From: Geosiphon pyriformis uo1
Lineage: Eukaryota; Fungi; Glomeromycota
Assembly: GCA_016748015.1 (NCBI GenBank)
Contig: JAAOMT010000036.1
Location: 4,856 to 62,832 of the forward strand
Direction: 5' to 3'
Length of the DNA: 57,977 nucleotides
In this document: piece by piece, positions 14,801 to 24,829 of the stretch
Layout: each line of letters begins with the position of its first letter
How positions within the stretch are numbered: position 1 is the stretch's first letter
Made by a program: the position numbers and the translations under genes
The notes under the pieces: model-generated
What the model was told of the DNA's origin: nothing
Seen by the model: only the letters and a program-made list of their open reading frames with translations
Databases searched by the model: none

Positions 14801-14819
14801 AGATGTGTATAAGAGACAG
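14801..14819 (+). other. Tn5 mosaic end / Nextera adapter (assembly artefact)
   Basis: Exact AGATGTGTATAAGAGACAG. It joins two sequences that continue differently in their other copies (near 16772 and 27019 on the left, 9443 on the right). Confidence 0.95.
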
Positions 14820-16671
14820 CCATTGAGTTTATCTAACTTAGTTTACATAATGACAAGTATACCAGTAAAACAAACTTTTTGGAAGGTACAGACTTTGTTT
14901 CAAAAAAAAATGTAATTTAGGAGCCCAAATAATTTAAGTATATATGTGCTTAAAAAGTTAGTAACAAAGTGGTATCATTAATAATTAAAGTTATTGTAAA
15001 TAAAATTGTGTAATTTGTCTTTATTTACACATCTAATTTTGACTATTGTAATTTCAGTTTTCAGTTTGGTTTCAATTTGGTTTAGTTTTTTACCTCAAAA
15101 AACCAAATTGAAATTGAACTGAAAAAAAAATTTGGTTTGGTTTCAGTTTAAAGAGAAACCAAATCAAACCGAATTATTTGGAACGCTAATTATATTAAAT
15201 TTCTATAAGCACTATTTCAATATTACTAAACTATTCAAACTTTTTATTAAAAAATTTAACAATAATTAGATGCTTGTTAATAACTTTTAAATTAAATTTA
15301 ATAAATATAACATGTAAAAATAGTCAAACTTTGTCAAAAATATTATTGTCAAAGAAGTATTTAAAGATTATAAACCACAAATAATTGCCAATATTATTCA
15401 AAAAAAAAATTAAATAATCATATAAAAACTCAGATATTAAGTATCTATAAACTTAAGAAGTCTTTAATATTAAATACAAGCTTATAGATTTAATAAATTT
15501 TTATCTTATTAATAAAGCTAATATAAAGACTAATATTCTTAGTATTAATAAGTTTCTAGCTAAAAAAACTATTAAATAAAACAATTTATTATCTGAGAAT
15601 CTTGTCAAGATTTTTGTTTTGTAATTTTAAAACAATTTGTAAATTTAATATATAATAAATAACTAATTCTAATTAATTCTATTTACAATACCAACAAATA
15701 TAATTAATGTTTATTTATTATATATATTTATAATAACTGTAGATATTAAAATATTAGTAAATATTTTTTTATTAATAAAAAAACAATAAGGCAGTTATTG
15801 CAAAATTAAAAGTTATTTAAACATTTGTTTCTTATTAAATATTATGATATATGTTTTTTAATTAAAGTAATATTACAGCAAACAGTATTGTAATTACTTT
15901 TTCTGATTTTTATAGAAGAGAACAAAAGTATAATATTATTTTTTATATAGTATATATTATTTAAACATAGATTAAAAACATTTATAATAATATAATTCTT
16001 AATAAAATAATACAAATAATGCATAAAACAACTTAAATTAATTGTATAAATACTATTTATTATGCTATAATTAACTGTTTAATTCAAGTAAATGCAAAAT
16101 ATATTTTAAGAAATTACTTAAATAATTTTAACAAATAAGCACTTTGGACTTGACAATATTTATCCTTTTTTTTAAGTAACTTTAACAAACTCTTTTGAGT
16201 TTTATTATAGTAAACTTAAAACAAAAACTTTTTATATATATAGTTTTATTAATAAGATTTATTTTACTGTTTTTTATAATCAATTTTTTGAATTTAGAGT
16301 TTTCATTAGATATTATATTTTTTCAATTGCTTTTTTTATCTTTTTATTCATATCTTAATTATTTTATTAATTATTACATTTACTAATTGCTATTATTTTT
16401 TATTGTAAGTACATATTATATAATTTTGAAAGTTAATGCTAAAAAAAAGACTACTACAAAAAAAATTGCTTTTAATTTTTGTACCAAAACAATTTCCATT
16501 GCCAATTTAAGCCCTAAAATTCACAATTTTTTTTTGTTCAAAAACTTATTGCATGCTGTTTTAAAGAAATTGTAAGAAGAAAAAAAAGTATTGAAACTTT
16601 TATTTGCAGAATACAATTGCAAGTTTTTCTGCCAATACATGTTTTTTTGTTATTATGTTTTTTACAAACAA
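14820..16671 (+). repeat. Second copy of 9443-11181 (hAT 3' end + MULE relic)
   Basis: Near-identical direct repeat. It retains about 110 bp (~15746-15856) that is absent from the first copy and ends at an N gap. Confidence 0.9.
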
Positions 16672-16691
16672 NNNNNNNNNNNNNNNNNNNN

Positions 16692-18624
16692 TTCAAACTA
16701 ATTTTTTTTTAAGCAAAGGTTGTTCTAAATTAATTTACAAAAGTCAATAGTTGGTAAAATTTAAAACTGAGCATAATAATAATTAAAAAATTGCGTATTT
16801 TAAATAATAAAATTTTTGGAATCACTATATTAAACAAATCAAAAACTAAACATCTGAAATTTAACATTTACAATTATTTTCCAAATAGAAAAACCATTTT
16901 GTTTATAACACATTGTAAAAATTTTAAATTCTGTTTGTTAATCTGTTTTAAAGAACTTAATATTGTATTGTGCAACAATTGCAATTTTACTTAATAATAA
17001 GCATTAATAATAAAGATTAATTGACAAATTTTTTGGTTGAATGGATTTTTTTTACTTTGTTTCTTACTATTTTTATGTTTAAAAATCTTATTTTTATTAA
17101 TTATTATATGTATTAACAACTTTATTACATAATTAATTCTTATTTTTAAATAATAGTTATTGATTTAATTATTAACTTAGTGTTATAATAAAGCAAAACA
17201 GAGAAAAACAAATGAAGTTACATAACAAATAAGTAAATAAATCTAATTCAAAAGTGTTTTAATAATTGGTGTTAATTTACTTAAAGACCAAGAATTAGTC
17301 TAAATCTTATTACTAACTCAAATTAATAAGCTAACTAGAATATTTTAATATTTTAAGAGTTTATAATACTTAATTGTTATTAATTTTAATAATTGCTAAG
17401 TTAAACATAAAACAAAAGCATTAATATTATTTATTAACAATTACAAACTATTTCTTTGTTTTTGAATTTATTTTAAAAAAAATTATTTACATAAATTAAA
17501 TATTTTACACATTAATTTATTATTTTGTTGGATTATTTTTAAATATTGTTATTTTTATATTTGTTAACTTATTATTTCAAGTCATAACATAAGAATAATG
17601 CTCTTTACAAGATAATTAATATCTATTTATATTTGTCATAATAATCAAAAAGTTATTTTACAGCATACAACAAAAATAATATAAATTACATTAAATAAAA
17701 TTTTTTTGTTAAACAAATACTTTGTGTATTTTTTTAATTAAATTTATTTTAAAGAAATCTAAAAAAAGAAAAACAATAATATTAACTGCTTTTTTTACTG
17801 AGTAATCTTGAAACAACTACCAATTAAAATTGAATACTAAAATTTACCAAATTTATATTTTAATTGTTATTTATTAATAAATAAAAACTTTTTTCCAAAA
17901 CAAAAAAAAAAGTTATCAAACTGTTTTTATTTTTAATATTTTTATAAATATTGAATTAAAAATTATTTTAATGTTATCTTAAATATAGAAAAACAAAAAT
18001 TTATAATTTATAACAATAGTATACATACTGTTATTAAACCAAAAAAAACAGTTACTAAAAAAACAGATAATAAAATTAATAAATATATATTTAAAATGCA
18101 TAATAATAATAATACTGTTATTTTTTAATATATTTGGAAAATATTTAAAAAACTCTTGTTTATTAATATATATTAATTACTGTATTATATAATTAATCTT
18201 TATTTTTTAGATAATTAACTTAATTGTTAAGTTGATTATTAATCTAATTATTAATTAAATTGTTGATCTAATTACTAGTCTGATTGTTAATTTTTTTTGT
18301 AACTATATAAATAATAAATCTCTTAATATAAAAGGCATTAAGCAATTAAAGTTTAATATTCCAATTTTTTTTATTTTTCTGATTTTTTAACTTTAAGTAT
18401 TGAATATTATTTGCAATAAAGAATTATTTATTTAATAAACCATGATTCAAAGGTACAATAATATCTATTATTAATACTAAATTACTTAGTAAAATATCTT
18501 CTTTAATTGCTATTTCATATTTAGCCTTGGCACATAATATGAAAAATGCATTGTGTAATAACGATATCTTGTATTTTATAAAAATACCTATATGAAAATT
18601 AAAAATATATAAATTTTAAATTTA
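16692..18624. repeat. AT-rich repeat family with overlapping near-identical copies (14449-14800, 19865-20634, 20655-21496, 26692-27549); possibly Helitron-derived
   Basis: Direct sequence identity among the blocks. ORFs 16791-16994 and 27037-27240 are nearly the same. Confidence 0.8.
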
Positions 18625-18842
18625 TGTAAGGCAAATTAAGGATATCAAATTATGCTAATGTTCAGTTTTGTAAGACTTTTTCAAAGAAAATTTAGCAATC
18701 GGCGAATCAATGTCATTTTTACCAATCTATGAACCTTTGGATAAGAACAATTCACCATTGTTTTCAGCAGTAGGATCGTTGCAAACGAGTTTACACCAAG
18801 CCAATAATCTATGAATACTATANNNNNNNNNNNNNNNNNNNN

Positions 18843-19617
18843 GGTCCAAAGAATGTAGAAGTTCATATGGGCGTAGGATAACATCGAGTCATTATGGTAT
18901 TGAGTGCGTCAGCATAGAAATACAGCAAGCACTGAGACATCCTGTCAGCTGCTAAAGAATCTCTTTCCAAGCATCGGCCATAGGTATCCATAGAATGGAG
19001 ACTTGTATGGGGGTAGGATAACATTGTGTTATTCTGGTAAAGAGCGCTAGCATGGAATACAGCAAGCACTGAAACGTTCTATTATTTGCTAAGGAGTCTC
19101 TTTCCAAGCATCGGCCATAGGTATCCATAGAATGGAAACTTGTATGGGGGTAGGATAACATGGAGTTATTCTGGTAAAGAGCGCCTTAGCATGGAACACA
19201 GCAAGCGCTGAAACGTCCTGTCAGGTGCTAACGAATCTCTTTCCAAGCATCGGCCATAGGTATCCATAGAATGGAGACTTGTATGGGGGTAGGATAACAT
19301 TGTGTTATTCTGGTAAAGAGCGCTAGCATGGAATACAGCAAGCACTGAAACGTTCTATTATTTGCTAAGGAGTCTCTTTCCAAGCATCGGCCATAGGTAT
19401 CCATAGAATGGAGACTTGTATGGGGGTAGGATAACATGGAGTTATTCTGGTAAAGAGCGCCTTAGCATGGAACACAGCAAGCGCTGAAACGTCCTATTAT
19501 GTGCTAAGGAGTTACTTTCCAAGCATCGGCCATAGGTATCCATAGAATGGAGACTAATATGGGGGTAGGTATTCTGGTAAAGAGCGCCTTAGCATGGAAC
19601 ACAACAAGCGCTGAAAC
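18843..19617 (+). repeat. Tandem array A: alternating 137/139-bp units (276-bp dimer), GC-rich and self-complementary
   Basis: CCAAGCATCGGCC recurs at 18967, 19104, 19243, 19380 and 19519. The first unit is degenerate and the last is truncated. Confidence 0.95.
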
Positions 19618-21496
19618 TTCATTTCTTTTATTAGATTTTTTGATTTTGAATAAAAATAGCCTAAGCGTTGGCATATTAATTTCGGGTTTTCGTGATATGT
19701 AAATGATTTTTTGTCAGGTCTTATGAAATCTATTGAAGCCCGTTTTATAATTCTTTATTATCATTAAATATCAAGAACCGATGGCCGAAAATCATATGCT
19801 CTTTACGCATTCACCCTGATACGTAATTTGTAATGTGATGCTGANNNNNNNNNNNNNNNNNNNNCCAATTAAAATTGAATACTAAAATTTACCAAATTTA
19901 TATTTTAATTGTTATTTATTAATAAATAAAAACTTTTTTCCAAAACAAAAAAAAAGTTATCAAACTGTTTTTATTTTTAATATTTTTATAAATATTGAAT
20001 TAAAAATTATTTTAATGTTATCTTAAATATAGAAAAACAAAAATTTATAATTTATAACAATAGTATACATACTGTTATTAAATTAAAAAAACAGATAATA
20101 AAATTGATAAATATATATTTAAAATGCATAATAATAATAATACTGTTATTTTTTAATATATTTGGAAAATATTTAAAAAACTCTTGTTTATTAATATATA
20201 TTAATTACTGTATTATATAATTAATCTTTATTTTTTAGATAATTAACTTAATTGTTAACTTGATTATTAATCTAATTATTAATTAAATTGTTGATCTAAT
20301 TACTAGTCTGATTGTTAATTTTTTTTGTAACTATATAAATAATAAATCTCTTAATATAAAAGACATTAAGCAATTAAAGTTTAATATTCCAATTTTTTTT
20401 ATTTTTCTGATTTTTTAACTTTAAGTATTGAATATTATTTGCAATAAAGAATTATTTATTTAATAAACCATGATTCAAAGGTACATTAATATCTATTATT
20501 AATACTAAATTACTTAGTAAAATATCTTCTTTAATTGTTATTTCATATTTAGCCTTGGCACATAATATGAAAAATGCATTGTGTAATAACGATATCTTGT
20601 ATTTTATAAAAATACCTATATGAAAATTAAAAATNNNNNNNNNNNNNNNNNNNNAAACAAATCAAAAACTAAACATCTGAAATTTAACATTGACAATTAT
20701 TTCCAAATAGAAAAACCATTTTGTTTATAACACATTGTAAAAATTTTAAATTCTGTTTGTTAATCTGTTTTAAAGTACTTAATATTGTATTGTGCAACTA
20801 TTGCAATTTTACTTAATAATAAGCATTAATAATTTAAAAAATAAAAGATTAATTAACAAATTTTTTAGTTGAATGAATTTTTTTTACTTTGTTTCTTACT
20901 ATTTTTATGTTTAAAAATCTTATTTTTATTAATTATTATATGTATTAACAACTTTATTGCATAATTAATTCTTATTTTTAGATAGTAGTTATTGATTTAA
21001 TTATTAACTTAGTGTTATAATAAAGCAAAACAGAGAAAAACAAATGAAGTTACATAACAAATAAGTAAATAAATCTAATTCAAAAGTGTTTTAATAATTG
21101 GTGTTAATTTACTTAAAGACCAAGAATTAGTCTAAATCTTATTACTAATTCAAATTAGTAAGTTAATTAGAATATTTTAATATTTTACGAGTCTATAATA
21201 CTTAATTGTTATTAATTTTAAAAATTGCTAAGTTAAACATAAAAACAAAAGCATTAATATTATTTATTAACAATTGCAAACTATTTCTTTGTTTTTGAAT
21301 TTATTTTAAAAAAAATTATTTACATAAATTAAATATTTTACACATTAATTTATTATTTTGTTGGATTATTTTTAATTATTGTTATTTTTATATTTGTTAA
21401 CTTATTACTTCAAGCCATAACATAAGGATAATGCTCTTTATAAGATAATTAATATCTATTTATTTTTGTCATAATAATCAAGAAGTTATTTTACAG

Positions 21497-21515
21497 AGAT
21501 GTGTATAAGAGACAG
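21497..21515 (+). other. Tn5 mosaic end / Nextera adapter (assembly artefact)
   Basis: Exact AGATGTGTATAAGAGACAG. The left flank matches ~17650-17663 and the right flank matches ~22414 onward. Confidence 0.95.
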
Positions 21516-22790
21516 ATTTAGAATTATTAGTTCATAATAAGAGACAAAAAATATTATCTTTTCTAAATTTAACAAACTTTTGAACATTTGACAAATTTTT
21601 GGATATTACATATTTTTATTTTTTATTATTGCTTTAATAAGCATGGCACAATCGCTATCTAATACAATACAACATAAACAACATAATTTAACTTGATACC
21701 TAATTTAATTATAATATTAATTTACACTTGTGTTTATATAAATTAGATATTAACAACATATAAATTATATATTATTTAATTAAGTAATAATTAAACAATA
21801 ATGTGTCAAATTAATAATAATAAGTAAAAATAATTTTATAATAATTTTTGGTTTCAATTTCATTTGGTAATACCAATAAATAAATTTTTTATTAATTTTA
21901 ATTTTTTATTAACTAAATATNNNNNNNNNNNNNNNNNNNNATTTTTCAATTCTTATTTTTTCAACCTATTTGAATCTTTTAGTTTAAGCAATTGTGAAGA
22001 ATTTAATTTTTTTGTTCATTTATACTTTTCAAATTACATGTAGTTTTTATTGCCAATTTAAATCAACAAAATTTGTTCTTTTACATTTAATATATCTAGT
22101 ATTTCTACTCTAATGAGATTTTAAAGGGTTAAATTTGAACAAAGTAGGTCTTCTAGACTTGAAAATTCTGTTGAAACAGAAAAAAGTATGGTTAATAATT
22201 GATTTAAAACAAGACATTTGGTTATTGAATTTTGAAAAATCTATTTTAAGAACCAAAAAAGCAATTTTATAATTTAAACTTTGATAACTATAATTTTGGC
22301 ATCTATAATAATGCTTTTAAATATATTAGTTTTGACATATTTCTAATAAGTATTTTCTTAATTATAATAGTACTATGTCTAATTTTTAAAAAAACAATTT
22401 AATAGTTAATTAAATTTAGAATTATTAGCTCATAATAATAAGAGACAAAAGATATTATTTTTTCTAAATTTAACAAACTTTTGAACATTTGACAAATTTT
22501 TGGATATTACATATTTTTATTTTTTATTATTGCTTTAATAAGCATGGCCTAATCGCTATCTAATACAATACAACATAAACAACATAATTTAACTTGATAC
22601 CTAATTTAATTATAATATTAATTTACACTTGTGTTTATATAAATTATATATTATTTAATTAAGTAATAATTAAACAATAATGTGTCAAATTAATAATAAT
22701 AAGTAAAAATAATTTTATAATAATTTTTGGTTTCAATTTCATTTGGTAATACCAATAAATAAATTTTTTATTAACTAAATATTGTTTAAA
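21516..22790. repeat. About 400-bp AT-rich direct repeat (21516-21920 vs ~22414-22790)
   Basis: Near-identical blocks with small indels. Confidence 0.8.
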
Positions 22791-22957
22791 GCTTTATTAT
22801 TACTGATAAAATAATAAAAATTAATTTAGTTGTTTTTGTTGTTAATATTTTTTTATTTTTTAGCTTATTATTTTTTTTCTTTAAAAAAAACTTTTTAAGT
22901 TAATTTGCAAAGTTCATAATATAAAGCTTTTGTTTTTTTAAACTATTTATTGTTAAC

Positions 22958-23406
22958 TAGTATTCTAATCAGTTTGGTTAAAACCGAACTGAATCGCAAT
23001 TTGACTTGTCAGTTTCATTTCGGTTTTTTTTCGGTTTCGGTTTCATATAAAATCGAACCGATCGTATTCACATGACAACGTGATAAGAATAAATCATGAA
23101 TCGCATTTACGTGACAATGTGAGAAATAAATTATGACCATGACCTGGCAATTTTTTTTTTCGATCAAAAAAAACATGTAGGTAATAAAAAAAATTGCCCA
23201 TTATGTAAACTTTTTGCTTCCCAACTTTCAGTGCGATAAAAAGCAACTTCCAAGATATCAGACCTTGATGGAGAGGTAAGTGAGCCAGGTGAGTGAAAAA
23301 GAAGCATAACTAGCACATCAGATTCAAGTAAAAGGGCGTGAAGCCAAGTATGGGAGCATTTTGAATTAATGGAAGAGGTGAATGGAAAGAAAAGGGGAAA
23401 GTGCAC
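22958..23406 (+). mobile_element. 5' end of a hAT transposon with the start of a BED zinc finger; cut by a gap
   Basis: Terminus TAGTATTCT, AACCGA/TCGGTT subterminal repeats, then SKRA*SQVWEHFELMEEVNGKKRGKC with TGA stops (probably from CGA). Confidence 0.75.
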
Positions 23407-23469
23407 NNNNNNNNNNNNNNNNNNNNCTTTTGCTTATGTAGGGCGAACCCACTATCGGCTACCAATGAC

Positions 23470-24165
23470 AAATTACCGGCGTCCACCAACTCACGAACAT
23501 AAACAGGACGAAATTACCGGCGTCCACCAACTCATGAACATAAACACCTATAACCAGGATGAAATTACCGGCGCTCACCAACTCACGAACATAAACACCT
23601 ATAACTAGGACAAAATTACCGGCGTCTACCAACTCACCGGTGTTCACCAACTCATAAACATAAACACCTATAAACAGGACGAAATTACCGGCGTCCACCA
23701 ACTCATGAACATAAACACCTATAACCAGGACGAAATTACCGGCATCCACCAACTCACGAACATAAACACCTATAACTAGGACAAAATTACCGGCGTCTAC
23801 CAACTCACCGGTGTTCACCAACTCATAAACATAAACACCTATAAACAGGACGAAATTACCGGCGTCCACCAACTCATGAACATAAACACCTATAACCAGG
23901 ACGAAATTACCGGCATCCACCAACTCACGAACATAAACACCTATAACTAGGACAAAATTACCGGCGTCTACCAACTCACCGGTGTTCACCAACTCATAAA
24001 CATAAACACCTATAAACAGGACGAAATTACCGGCGTCCACCAACTCACCGGCGTTCACAACTCACGAACATAAACACCTATAAACAGGACAAAATTACCG
24101 GCGTCCACCAACTTACGAACATAACCAGTCCACCAACTCACGAAAATAAACACCTATAACCAGTA
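23470..24165 (+). repeat. Tandem array B: 51-bp minisatellite with an 18-bp internal duplication (69-bp variant); 51+51+69=171-bp higher-order unit x3
   Basis: AAATTACCGG starts at 23470, 23511, 23562, 23613, 23682, 23733, 23784, 23853, 23904, 23955, 24024 and 24092. Confidence 0.95.
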
Positions 24166-24470
24166 CAAAGGAACACCAACAACTCAACAATATCGAATAA
24201 ACGAATAAACGAATAACGAATATGGAATAAAACATTGATCACCAAATGACTGAAATTAAATTTCAGGGTTAGGTGGTGAGGAATTGATGATTGTTAGTCT
24301 GTTATCCATGCCTTTTGCGGGAGTGGGTGGGGATAGTTTAGAAGTAAGAGGGCATAACCCAGCGTGGTTACCGAGGCATTTTTGATGATTGACTAGCGAG
24401 TGACAGGTATTACTTTTGTAATACTAAGGGAGTTATTAGAATCTTCTTTGNNNNNNNNNNNNNNNNNNNN

Positions 24471-24829
24471 GCCATAGGTATCCATAGAATGGAGACTTGT
24501 ATGGGGGTAGGATAACATGGAGTTATTCTGGTAAAGAGCGCTAGCATGGAATACAGCAAGCACTGAGACGTTCTATTATTTGCTAAGGAGTCTCTTTCCA
24601 AGCATCGGCCATAGGTATCCATAGAATGGAGACTAATATGGGGGTAGGTCGAGTTATTCTGGTAAAGAGCGCCTTAGCATGGAACACAGCAAGCGCTGAA
24701 ACGTTCTATTATGTGCTAAGGAGTTACTTTCCAAGCATCGGCCATAGGTATCCATAGAATGGAGACTAATATGGGGGTAGGTATTCTGGTAAAGAGCGCC
24801 TTAGCATGGAACACAACAAGCGCTGAAAC
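24471..24829 (+). repeat. Second copy of tandem array A, with the same right flank (24830-25056 = 19618-19844)
   Basis: Same unit sequence and same truncated terminal unit. The flank differs at about 1 position. Confidence 0.95.

Noticed and set aside
14801-14819. Genuine Tn5/IS50 insertion or horizontal transfer
   Set aside because: It is the synthetic mosaic-end sequence, unpaired, with no transposase and no 9-bp TSD.
19200-19320. Hairpin or hammerhead ribozyme in array A (ACGUCCUGU and UUAUUCUGGUA resemble hairpin-ribozyme pieces)
   Set aside because: The partner AGAA/AGAAACA elements are not in the required arrangement, and I found no CUGANGA core on either strand.
18863-19437. Repeated 68-69 aa ORFs (MDTYGRCLERDSLA...)
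   Set aside because: Unit lengths of 137/139 bp shift the frame every unit; the ORFs are by-products of the repeat.
18843-19617. CRISPR array (constant part plus variable part)
   Set aside because: The variable parts are homologous to each other, the units are too long, no cas genes are present and the context is eukaryotic.
23490-23570. Hammerhead ribozyme in array B (GTCC...GGACGAAA)
   Set aside because: There is no CUGANGA before stem II.
23459-24058. 17-aa repeat protein (VLVIGVYVRELVDAGNF), also 57511-57900
   Set aside because: The first copy has no ATG start, edge units break the frame (41, 68, 50 bp), and openness follows from a stop-free 51-bp unit. Not fully excluded.
24266-24280. 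Telomeric repeat (AGGGTTAGG)
   Set aside because: About one and a half units only; no array.
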